Assembly: GCA_963803435.1 (NCBI GenBank)
Contig: CAWDML010000003.1
Location: 672,001-736,000, forward strand
DNA: 64,000 nucleotides
Direction: 5' to 3'
Source: an uncultured delta proteobacterium
Lineage (GTDB): Bacteria > Myxococcota > Kuafuiibacteriia > Kuafuiibacteriales > Kuafuiibacteriaceae
Part shown: positions 55,826-64,000 of the stretch, piece by piece
Layout: each line of letters starts with the position of its first letter
Position numbering within the stretch: position 1 is the first letter of the stretch
Translations under genes and position numbers: made by a program
Notes under the pieces: generated by a model
The model's database searches: none
What the model saw: only the letters and a program-made list of their open reading frames with translations
Told to the model about the DNA's origin: nothing

Positions 55826-57875
55826 ATGACGCTAGAAACTCCTTCGAAGATCCGGGAGCTGCAAAGGGCGCTGTACCGACGGGCCAAGAAGGAGCCGAAG
55901 TTCCGCTTCTACGCGCTCTACGACAAGGTCTACCGTCCGGACATCCTGGCGCATGCCTACGCGTTGGCAAGAGCCAACCGAGGCGCGCCCGGGCCCGACG
56001 GCGAGACCTTCGAGGAGATCGAACAGAGCGGAAAGACGGCGCTGCTGGATGAGCTGCACAATGCGCTGAAGAACAAGACGTATCGCCCGGGACCAGTCCG
56101 CCGAGTGAACATCCCAAAACCTGACGGCGGTGAGAGGCCGTTGGGCATCCCGAATATTCGAGATCGCATCGTCCAGGGAGCAGCCAAGCTGATCCTGGAG
56201 CCGATCTTCGAAGCGGATTACGACGACGCGTCGTTCGGATTCCGTCCACGAAGAGGTGCGCACCAAGCGCTCGATGCGATCGGCGAAGCCTTCGACGAAG
56301 GGATGTGTTGGGTGATCGACGCCGACATCACGGCCTACTTCGACACGATCCCTCACGACCACCTGATGAAGGCTGTCGCGGAGCGCGTCGTCGACGGTCC
56401 AATGCTGGCGCTGATCAAGATGTTCCTCGAAGCACCCATCGTAGCGAGCGATGACTCGCGCCCACGGCGGAACCGCAAGGGGACGCCGCAGGGAGGTGTG
56501 ATATCGCCGCTCCTTGCGAACCTCTACCTGCACCTGCTGGACCGTAACTTCAGGAAGTACGTAGCGGTGGATGCGCTCGACGGACGGCTGGTCCGCTATG
56601 CCGACGATTGTGCGCCACGACGGCGCGGAAGGGAGGCCGAGATGGCCAACTGAACGCAGCCTTGCTGCACGAGTGATGAGGGAGGGCCCCTCGAAGCCGG
56701 CAGACAGGCGCAGGCTTCAAACCACCTCGAGCTGCTCTGGTCAAAAGCCAGGGTGGTGAGCGTCGAAGGAAAAGGCGCGGCGAGACCGCGTCAGGTGACG
56801 ATCGGAAAGACGAACGCGAGTGAACCACTGATGACGCGTCGAAAGCGTAGGAACGACGTCGAAACCAGGTTGAAGTCGTTGGCCTGGGATGAGCGCGGAC
56901 GGTGTCTTGTCTACGGGCCGCGCGGCGTCCGGCGTGAAGGTGGCGTGAGTCCGATCGAGGCTCTCGTGCGGAACGTGGGAACCTTCGGCCTCGATGCAAA
57001 GGAAGAAGTCCAAGTGGAGGACCCACGAGGATGAGAGTACCGAAGCGAGGTCAAGGGACGGAGCGATCCGTACTAGGGATGAGCTCCGCGAAAGCGGAGG
57101 GACCGAAGGGGTCGCGTCATTCAGCTTCGATTGGCGGTCAACCGAAGATCGGGAGGAACCGCGCGAAGGAAGCAAAGCCGTATGAGGTTGAGGCACCATC
57201 ACCGGCGAGCCGAGTACTGGATCGGACGCATTGCGCGCCGTGATCCGAAGCTCTTCGCTCACTGGGATCTGCTGGGAATTCGACCTGCGGCTGGATGAGG
57301 GGAGCCGTATGAGCTGAGAGGTTCACGTACGGTTCTGCGAGCGCCCGGGGGTGAGACTCCCCCGGGCGACTCACCTCGTCGTGCTCACACGACGCCGACC
57401 GGATCGCGAATTGTCCTGGATCAAGACCCTGTTGGGCCGCTTGGGGCTATCGCTTCATCCGGAGAAAACTCGCGTGACGCACGCGTCGGACGGCTTTGCT
57501 TTCCTCGGACACGAGGTCCGATGGCGGAACGGACGAATGCGGTTGGATATGTCGCGGAAGGCGCGCGACCGCGTACACGACCAACTCCGCCGGCGGACAA
57601 GGTGGACCTCGTTGAGCCTCGAAGAAGAAATCGGGCAACTCAACAGCTACATCCGCGGAGCAAGGGGATACTTCGGACGGATCCGGCAACGGACGAAAGC
57701 CAAGCTGGATCATTACATAGCGCAGCGTATTGCGCGGTGGTGGGCGCGGAAGCACAACGCGCCCCGGCCTGCATGGTCGCTCGTGCAAGAGGACGCCCTC
57801 TGGCGCAAGCATGGGCTTGAACGCTGGTGGTCGCCTCGGGCTTTCAAGTCAGCAACTCCAAGGTCTGTGCGGTGA
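55826..57875 (+). CDS. ltrA: Group II intron reverse transcriptase/maturase, split: exons 55826-56609 + 57376-57875 = 427 aa
   Basis: RT0 [49 protein letters not shown], joined YADD-F-VVL, LHPEKT, FAFLG, thumb/X domain LNSYIRG..YF. Confidence 0.93.
56610..57375 (+). mobile_element. Group II intron (inner), ORF-deleted, RmInt1/class D-like, inserted right after the YADD codons
   Basis: 5' GTGCG at 56610; EBS1 AGTCGTT (56874-56880) pairs GACGATT; EBS2 GCGTAG (56845-56850) pairs CTATGC; DV GAGCCGTATGAGCTGAGAGGTTCACGTACGGTTC (57302-57335); DVI ends CGACTCACC; removal restores the frame. Confidence 0.93.
57163..57298 (+). pseudogene. Remnant of the inner intron's IEP (N- and C-termini fused by a large deletion)
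   Basis: GGAGGA RBS followed by (A)KEAKPYE, joined out of frame to [36 protein letters not shown], resembling class D IEP termini. Confidence 0.75.
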
Positions 57876-58002
57876 AAGACAAGGGAAGCCGTATGCAGGA
57901 AACCTGCACGTACGGTTTGAGGAGGGGCTGCTGGCCCGTGCGTCTGGTACGGCGGGCTGGGGTCTACTCGACTCGTTCTGTCATTCGCTGTTCGATCCGG
58001 CG

Positions 58003-58335
58003 ATGAAGGGCGATGACATCGCAGAACGACTGCTCAAGTTTGCGAAGCGTGTACTTCTGCTTTGCCGCGAGTTCCCAAACGACTTTGCCGGCAAGCACGT
58101 TGTCCGACAGCTGATCCGGTGTTCATCCGGAGGTGGTGCGAATGACGAGGAAGCGCGTGGCGGCGAGAGCCTTGCCGACTTCATCCACAAGATGGCGGTC
58201 GCTCGCAAGGATGGTTGCGTCTTGCCGATCCGGAGCTGATGCAGGGAGCGGAGATCGCTTCGCTGATCCGAGAGGCCAACGAACTCTCTGCGATTCTGAC
58301 GAGCTCCATCAAGACGGCGAAGGCTCGATCAGGGA
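58003..58335 (+). pseudogene. Four-helix-bundle protein (23S rRNA IVP / TIGR02436-like), frameshifted
   Basis: MKGDDIAERLLKFAKRV..RQLIRCSSGGGANDEEARGGESLADFIHKMAVARK, then a short deletion/frameshift near 58211, then WLRL..LIREANELSAILTSSIKTAK. Confidence 0.8.
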
Positions 58336-58337
58336 AG

Positions 58338-58485
58338 TCATCGAGCCTGCTGGAACGCGATGATCGCGCACGCAAGATGAACCAGCCCGAGATACCGCGA
58401 TCCCGTTCGTTCCCACCGCACGAGTCATGCGCGGAACTGGTTGTGCCAAGCGTTCGTGCGCTCGACAACCCAGCGCCGCGGCCTA
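58338..58485 (-). pseudogene. IS5-family transposase C-terminal remnant
   Basis: PRRWVVERTNAWHNQFRA*LVRWERTGSRYLGLVHLACAIIAFQQAR*, internal stop at 58425-58427. Confidence 0.8.
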
Positions 58486-58719
58486 CCGCGGACACAGCCA
58501 GCTCCACAGGGCGTCCGGAAGACTTGCGAATCTTGCCTGCATCGACTCTGCAGAACGGCCGCTTTGAATAGCGAATGAGCAGAACGAGCGAAACAGGAAA
58601 CGCGGAACGGTCCGGAGGTTTTCGGACCGGCTCTACGCTAAGGGAGACCCCTTTCGCCGTTCGTGGGTCGAGATCCCACTGATCTAAGGTCGAGATATAC
58701 TCCGGGCCGCGCGAAGAAG

Positions 58720-60417
58720 ATGTGGGCCATCGACCTCGGAACCACCAATACCGGCGTGGCACGATGGAACGAGACAGAGGGCCGACCTCGTCTCGTCGAG
58801 TTGCCCGAGATCTGCCGCAGACCCGGCGGTGAAGATCACCTGGAGGCACCGCTCCTTGTCCCCTCCGTGACGCAGGCGTTCGAGGATCTTGATTTCTGGT
58901 CGAGGATCGGGCGCTGGGGTCCGGTGGCGCGCCGCTTCCTGATCGGGAAGCAGGCGTACATCGGCCGCCCTGCGATGGAGATGAACCAGGGCCAGATCCG
59001 GCCCAGCTACGCCACCTCGTTCAAGCCGTATCTCGGCCGGGCGCCGCTGCGCACGATCGCCCGGAGCGGCAATCGCCCGCTGTCGGCGCGCGACGTGGCG
59101 CGCCTGTACATCCGCGAGCTCCTCTCGGAGGTGAAGCAGAGCACGGGGGAGCGGATCCGCGATCTGGTCGTCACCACGCCGGTCGACTCGTACGAGTCTT
59201 ATCGCGCCGAGATCGCGGAGATCCTCAAGCATCTGGGTGTGCGCCGCGTGCGCTTCATCGACGAGCCGGTGGCGGCGGCCATCGGCTACGGCCTCGGCCT
59301 CAAGCAGAACCGCGTCGCCCTGGTCGTCGACTTCGGTGGCGGCACGCTCGACGTCGCGGTGGTCTCGCTCACCGCCAAGGGGGTCCAGGAGGGCGTCTGC
59401 GAGGTGCTCGGCAAGGAGGGCCGACCAATCGGCGGCAACACGGTCGATCACTGGCTCCTCGAAGATTTCTGCTCCCGCCTCGGCTACACGCTTCCGAAGA
59501 ACGCCGAGGAGGAGAAGAACACGTTCTGGGTCCGGATGATGCTCGCCGAGACCTGCCGCGTGAAAGAGACCGTCTTCTTCCGGGACAACGAGACGTTCCT
59601 CCCCACGCCCCCCGACGAGCTGCACCGCTTCGACGAGCGCATCCGCGGCGAGTCCGCCACCATCAACGTCGCCCGCGACGACGTCATCGAGACCCTCCGC
59701 GCCCACAGCCTCTACGAGATGATCGAAGAGTGCGTCGAGAGCGTCCTCGACCAGGCCAAGGAGCACGGCGTCCGCGAGAGCGACATCGAGGACGTCCTCA
59801 TGGTCGGCGGCTCGACCCTCCTCCCCGGCGTCTATCCCCTCTTCGAGGAGCGCTTCGGCCGCGACGCCGTCCGTGCCTGGCAACCCTTCGAGGCCGTCGC
59901 CTACGGCGCCTGCGTCTTCGCCGCCGACGCCTCGAACCAGAGCGACTTCATCGTCCACGACTACGCGTTCGTCACCCATGACCTCAACACACACGAGCGC
60001 CAGTACACGATCATCATCCCCCACGGCACCCGCTTCCCCACTCCGAGCGACTTCTGGAAGCGCCAGCTGGTCCCCACCTGCTCCCTCGGCGAGCCCGAGA
60101 CCATGTTCAAGCTCGTCATCTGCGAGGTCGGCCGCGACTACGACGGCGAACGCAAGTTCGCCTGGGACGCCGAAGGCAAGCTCCACAAGGTCGGCGGCAT
60201 CGACGACGGCCGCAAGAAGGACCCCCTGGTCGTCCCGCTGAACGAATCCAACCCCACCCTCGGCTACCTCAAGCCCGCTCACCCTCCCAGCGACAAGCGC
60301 CCGCGCCTCGAGATCAGCTTCGGCGTCAACAGCGACCGCTGGCTCTGCGCGTCCGTCTACGACTTGAGGACGAAGAAATACATGATGCGGGAGGAGCCGG
60401 TCGTCCGGCTGCTGTGA
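58720..60417 (+). CDS. Hsp70-family (atypical DnaK-like) protein
   Basis: AIDLGTTN, IDEPVAAAIGY, VDFGGGTLDV, LMVGGST, EAVAYGA. Confidence 0.88.
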   Translation: MWAIDLGTTNTGVARWNETEGRPRLVELPEICRRPGGEDHLEAPLLVPSVTQAFEDLDFWSRIGRWGPVARRFLIGKQAYIGRPAMEMNQGQIRPSYATSFKPYLGRAPLRTIARSGNRPLSARDVARLYIRELLSEVKQSTGERIRDLVVTTPVDSYESYRAEIAEILKHLGVRRVRFIDEPVAAAIGYGLGLKQNRVALVVDFGGGTLDVAVVSLTAKGVQEGVCEVLGKEGRPIGGNTVDHWLLEDFCSRLGYTLPKNAEEEKNTFWVRMMLAETCRVKETVFFRDNETFLPTPPDELHRFDERIRGESATINVARDDVIETLRAHSLYEMIEECVESVLDQAKEHGVRESDIEDVLMVGGSTLLPGVYPLFEERFGRDAVRAWQPFEAVAYGACVFAADASNQSDFIVHDYAFVTHDLNTHERQYTIIIPHGTRFPTPSDFWKRQLVPTCSLGEPETMFKLVICEVGRDYDGERKFAWDAEGKLHKVGGIDDGRKKDPLVVPLNESNPTLGYLKPAHPPSDKRPRLEISFGVNSDRWLCASVYDLRTKKYMMREEPVVRLL

Positions 60418-60490
60418 GCGCCGGCGCACGATCGCCGGCGGAGCGCTCGCCTTCGCTCTGAAAGGAACGGCCGCTTCGAGCGAGCCCTGC

Positions 60491-61255
60491 TCAATGCGCG
60501 GGGAGGGGCTCTTCGCGGGCGTCGGTGGGCTTCTCGAAGCGCTGGGGGTCGAACGGGACGAACGTGTGCTCGGAGAGGAGGACGGTGGTGAGGGGGGCGC
60601 CGACCATGCCCTGGTCGGAGCGCCAGTCGTGGATCGAGATGCGGGTGGGGAGGAGGACGCCGTCGACGGTGGTCCATGCCTCGTAGGAGGCGACGTGGGG
60701 GGTGGCCTCGGCTTGTTCGGCGGTCTTGCCGAAGGTGACGATGTACGCGAGGGCGCGGAGGCGATCGGTCGTGGGGGCTCGGTAGACGATGTACCAGTCT
60801 TCCGGGGTGTCGCCGACGCCGTTGTCGAAGGTCAGCTTGGCGGCGGGGAGGGGGAGACCGTCGAAGGGGCGGTCGCCGAGGGGTGACAGGTGGGTGCCGG
60901 GATCGGAGAGCTTCATGGGGGCCGCGATGAAATAGGGCCAGGTCAGGAGCTGGAAGCGAGCGCGGGGGAGCTCTGCGTCGGAGGGGGTCACCCACGCCGT
61001 GCGGCCGTCGAACACGGCCTCTGCGGCTTCGGTCGTGAAGCGGCTCTTCCCGAGAGGGGTGTCGAAGACGAACACGGCGTCGAAGCGGGTCTGGCCGCCG
61101 GACTCGAGCTGGACGCGGACCTGGAGCGCTTGGTGGGCGCGCCAGCCGGTGAGGTTGTGGGCGCGCTCGATACGTGCGGCGAAATCGGCCGGCGGAGGCG
61201 TGCTCCGGCAGGCGGACGGCGCGAGCACGAGCGCGAGCATCCAGGTCCGTCGCAT
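60491..61255 (-). CDS. Hypothetical lipoprotein (DUF6503-like)
   Basis: Signal peptide ending PSAC; PMKLSDPG, KLTFDNGVGDTPEDWY. Confidence 0.65.
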   Translation of the reverse strand: MRRTWMLALVLAPSACRSTPPPADFAARIERAHNLTGWRAHQALQVRVQLESGGQTRFDAVFVFDTPLGKSRFTTEAAEAVFDGRTAWVTPSDAELPRARFQLLTWPYFIAAPMKLSDPGTHLSPLGDRPFDGLPLPAAKLTFDNGVGDTPEDWYIVYRAPTTDRLRALAYIVTFGKTAEQAEATPHVASYEAWTTVDGVLLPTRISIHDWRSDQGMVGAPLTTVLLSEHTFVPFDPQRFEKPTDAREEPLPAH

Positions 61256-61264
61256 CGAGGGGCC

Positions 61265-61933
61265 TCAGAACTTCTCGGCCGAGGGCCGCAGGTCGACCTC
61301 GAGCGTCCATGCGCTCTTCGGCTGCATGGCGAGCTGGTAGTACGTCTCGGCGATCGCGGCCGGCGAGAGCTGGGCGTCGGAGCTCACTCCAATCTGGCCG
61401 TCGATGACCACGTGCGCGACGTGGATCCCGCGGGGGCCGAGCTCGCGGGCCATGCTCTGGGCCAGGGCGCGGAGGCCGAACTTCGGGACGGCGAGGTTGG
61501 TGAAGCGGGCGCTGCCGCGGAGCGAGGCGGTGGCGCCGGTGAAGAGGATGGTGCCGCGGCCGCGATCGACCATGGCGCGGGCGGCGAGCTGTCCCACCAG
61601 AAACCCGCCGAGGCAGCCGGTGCGCCAGCAGTGCTCGAAGACCTCGGGGGCGATGTCGAGGATGCTGCCCGGGACGAAGGCGCCCGCGTTGAAGACGACG
61701 ACCTCGGGGGTGTCGATGGCGGTCGCCTCTGCGAACAATCGCGCGACCTCATCGGGTGCGGCCACGTCGCACGCGATCGCCTTCGCCTCCTTCGCGGCCG
61801 AGCGCGCGAGGAGCTCGTTCAGACGCTCGCGATTCCGGGCCGAGGCGACGACCGCCATTCCCGCCGAGGCGAATCGCTCGACCAACGCGAGGCCGAGGCC
61901 AGGGCCGACGCCGGCGATGAGTGCGAGGCTCAT
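61265..61933 (-). CDS. Short-chain dehydrogenase/reductase
   Basis: GVGPGLG, FNAG, FTGATASLRG, KFGLRALAQSMARELGP, HVVIDG. Confidence 0.92.
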   Translation of the reverse strand: MSLALIAGVGPGLGLALVERFASAGMAVVASARNRERLNELLARSAAKEAKAIACDVAAPDEVARLFAEATAIDTPEVVVFNAGAFVPGSILDIAPEVFEHCWRTGCLGGFLVGQLAARAMVDRGRGTILFTGATASLRGSARFTNLAVPKFGLRALAQSMARELGPRGIHVAHVVIDGQIGVSSDAQLSPAAIAETYYQLAMQPKSAWTLEVDLRPSAEKF

Positions 61934-61978
61934 GGGCGAAGACTAGCGAAGATCCCTGCGTCGTGCCCGTGCAACGGG

Positions 61979-63148
61979 CTACACCTCGTAGAGGCCGGCG
62001 GCGCCCATTCCGCCGCCGATGCACATCGACACCACGCCGTAACGCTTCTTGCGTCGCCGGAGCTCGTAGAGGAGCGTCGCCGTGAGCTTCGCGCCCGTGC
62101 AGCCAAGCGGGTGGCCGAGGGCGATGGCGCCGCCGTTGACGTTGAGGCGGTCGCCGGGGATCCCGAGCTCGCGCTGGCAGTACGCGGCCTGGGCCGCGAA
62201 GGCTTCGTTGATCTCGAAGAGATCGATGTCCCCGAGCGACAGGCCGGTCTGGGCGAGGAGCTTGCGGATGGCGGGGACGGGTCCGATGCCCATGATATCA
62301 GGAGGCACGCCCTGGACCGTGAAGCCGCGCATGCGGCCGAGCGGCTTCACGCCGAGAGACTTCGCATTCTCTTCGGAGAGGAGCACGGTGGCGGCGGCGC
62401 CGTCGTTCATCGGCGAGCTGTTGCCGGCGGTGACCGTGCCGCGGGCCGAGAAGGCCGGCTTGAGGGCGGCGAGGCCCTCGAGGGTGCTGTCCTTGCGCGG
62501 GCATTCGTCGACGCTGAAGTCGATCTCGCCGGCGTGGCCGCCCTCGAAGCGGCGCGCCTTGACGGTGAAGATCTCCTCCTCGAAACGGCCGGCCTCGATG
62601 GCAGCGATCGCCTTCGCGTGCGACTCGAGCGCGAAGGCGTCCTGGACCGCGCGGCTGACGTCGAACTTCTTCGCGATGCGCTCGGCGGTGTGGCCCATCG
62701 CGATGTAGGCCTCGGGAAACTCGTCGACCAGGCGCGGATTGAGGCTCAGCTTGTTGCCGCTCATCGGCACCATCGACATCGACTCGACGCCGCCGGCGAC
62801 CACCACTCCGGCGAGGCCCGACTGGATCGCAGCCGCGCCGTGCGCGATCGCCTGGAGCCCGCTCGAGCAGAAGCGGTTGATCGTCTCGCCGGTGACCGTG
62901 TCCGGCCACTTGGCCAGGAAGACGGCGTTGCGGGCCACGTTCAAGCCTTGCTCGCCCTCGGGGAACGCGCAGCCGAGCACGACGTCGTCTACGTCCTTCG
63001 GCTCGAGACCGGGGACGCGGGCGAGGGCGGCGCCCAGCGCGGCGGCGGCCAGATCGTCGGGACGTGTGTCCCTCAGCGTGCCCTTCTTGGCGCGGCCGAC
63101 GGCGGTGCGCGTCGCGGCGGCGACGATGACGTTCAGCGGAAATGCCAT
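61979..63148 (-). CDS. fadA: Acetyl-CoA C-acyltransferase (thiolase)
   Basis: [34 protein letters not shown]. Confidence 0.93.
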   Translation of the reverse strand: MAFPLNVIVAAATRTAVGRAKKGTLRDTRPDDLAAAALGAALARVPGLEPKDVDDVVLGCAFPEGEQGLNVARNAVFLAKWPDTVTGETINRFCSSGLQAIAHGAAAIQSGLAGVVVAGGVESMSMVPMSGNKLSLNPRLVDEFPEAYIAMGHTAERIAKKFDVSRAVQDAFALESHAKAIAAIEAGRFEEEIFTVKARRFEGGHAGEIDFSVDECPRKDSTLEGLAALKPAFSARGTVTAGNSSPMNDGAAATVLLSEENAKSLGVKPLGRMRGFTVQGVPPDIMGIGPVPAIRKLLAQTGLSLGDIDLFEINEAFAAQAAYCQRELGIPGDRLNVNGGAIALGHPLGCTGAKLTATLLYELRRRKKRYGVVSMCIGGGMGAAGLYEV

Positions 63149-63150
63149 GG

Positions 63151-64000
63151 TTAGTTCCTCAGCGGCTTGTTGGTCATGAGCATGCTCTGCATGCGCTCCA
63201 TGCTCTTCTCCTCGCCGCACAAGGAGAGGAACGCCTCGCGCTCCAGATCGAGGTAGTGCTGCTCGCCGAGCTCGGTGCCGCCGGCCACCTCGCCGCCCGC
63301 GAGCACGTGCACCACCTTTCGGGCGATCAACGCGTCGTGCGCCGAGGCGTAGCCGCCCTCGACGAGGCTCCAGATCCGCATGCCGATCGACTTGGCGGCG
63401 TCGAGCCCGGCCGCCTTGATGACGCGCGGTCGGGGCGGTCGATAGCCGGAGGCCGCCATCCCGATCGCCCGCCGCTTCGCGTGCTCGATCAAGTGATCCC
63501 GGTTCAGCGTGATGCCGTCGGTGGGCAAGAGATAGCGGAGCCGGCGCGCCTCCTCGGCACCGGTCGCCACCGTCGCCATCGCGATGTTGAGCGAGGCGCT
63601 GCCGATGAACGGCAGCAGATCGGCGCCCTCGACGTCCTGGACCGAGTCGGTCCAGCGCTCGACCAGGCGCAGGCAGCCCCCGCCGGCCGGGATCAGGCCG
63701 ACGCCCACCTCGACCAGGCCCATGTACGTCTCCGCGTAGGCCTGGCAGGCGTCGGCCGCCATCGCGATCTCCGCCGAGCCGCCCATCGTGTACCCGAAGG
63801 GCGCGGCCACCACCGGGATGTTCGCGTATCTCAGGCCCTGGAGGGCGTCCTGCAGCGCACGCACCGCGGCGTCGAGCTGCGTCCACTCCTGCTGCTGCGC
63901 GAGGCCGTAGACCAGCATCAGGTTGGCGCCCACGCCGAAGTGCGCGCCGTCGTTGCCGATGACCAGCGCCTGGAAGTGCTTCTCCGCCTCCTTCACGCCG
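63151..64000 (-). CDS. 3-hydroxyacyl-CoA dehydrogenase/enoyl-CoA hydratase (FadN-like), C-terminal part; N-terminus lies beyond the window
   Basis: [43 protein letters not shown]. Confidence 0.88.
   Translation of the reverse strand, partial: GVKEAEKHFQALVIGNDGAHFGVGANLMLVYGLAQQQEWTQLDAAVRALQDALQGLRYANIPVVAAPFGYTMGGSAEIAMAADACQAYAETYMGLVEVGVGLIPAGGGCLRLVERWTDSVQDVEGADLLPFIGSASLNIAMATVATGAEEARRLRYLLPTDGITLNRDHLIEHAKRRAIGMAASGYRPPRPRVIKAAGLDAAKSIGMRIWSLVEGGYASAHDALIARKVVHVLAGGEVAGGTELGEQHYLDLEREAFLSLCGEEKSMERMQSMLMTNKPLRN

Larger units (their letters stand above)
55357..57972 (+). mobile_element. Group II intron (outer), RT-encoding, no endonuclease domain
   Basis: 5' GTGCC; EBS1 CGGAACA (55536-55542) pairs IBS1 TGTTTCG (55350-55356); EBS2 GCGAAC (55489-55494) pairs IBS2 GTTTGC (55344-55349); DIII-like GAGTCCGTAGTACC...GGAGGGAAGGGGCTC; DV 57886-57918; 3' CTACTCGAC. 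Confidence 0.93.
55314..58634. mobile_element. Inverted-repeat-bounded composite element (IS5-like ends) hosting the intron twintron
   Basis: Left end AGAGCCGGTCCAGAAACC (55314-55331) vs right end reverse complement AGAGCCGGTCCGAAAACC (58617-58634); the imperfect repeat extends to about 65-70 nt once the intron is removed; flanks TAA/TAC are an imperfect TSD. Confidence 0.7.

Noticed and set aside
55826-57875. Two independent truncated RT pseudogenes (275 aa and 174 aa)
   Set aside because: They join precisely in frame once the 766-nt inner intron is removed
55826-58335. Diversity-generating retroelement (RT next to an Avd-like four-helix-bundle gene)
   Set aside because: The RT has group II IEP motifs ([13 protein letters not shown] domain) and lies inside a full intron RNA with DV/DVI; no TR/VR repeat pair was seen; the four-helix gene is decayed and lies outside the intron

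Overview
GC-rich, gene-dense bacterial chromosome segment. The gene content (eukaryote-like Ser/Thr kinases, MshEN-pseudokinase, DUF4388/TPR, receiver-coiled-coil proteins) suggests Myxococcota/Deltaproteobacteria; this is inference. It holds about 55 CDSs covering housekeeping and metabolism (hemH, ptrB, ppc, FKBP, thiolase, MrfA/MrfB-like repair pair), several two-component systems and a 13-kb signalling cluster with Cys-rich STAS-like domains and two H-box-less HATPases. The standout feature is a nested mobile element at 55314-58634. An inverted-repeat-bounded cassette (IS5-like ends, decayed four-helix-bundle gene, IS5 transposase tail) has a group II intron (55357-57972) inserted into its left repeat arm. 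That intron's reverse transcriptase is itself split one base after the catalytic YADD codons by a second, ORF-deleted group II intron (56610-57375). EBS/IBS pairings read from the sequence support both 5' splice sites, and removing the inner intron restores an intact 427-aa RT (YADD-FVVL). Three conserved genes carry frameshifts that look like sequencing indels. No rRNA, tRNA or CRISPR array was seen. All family assignments are from motif recognition, not database searches.
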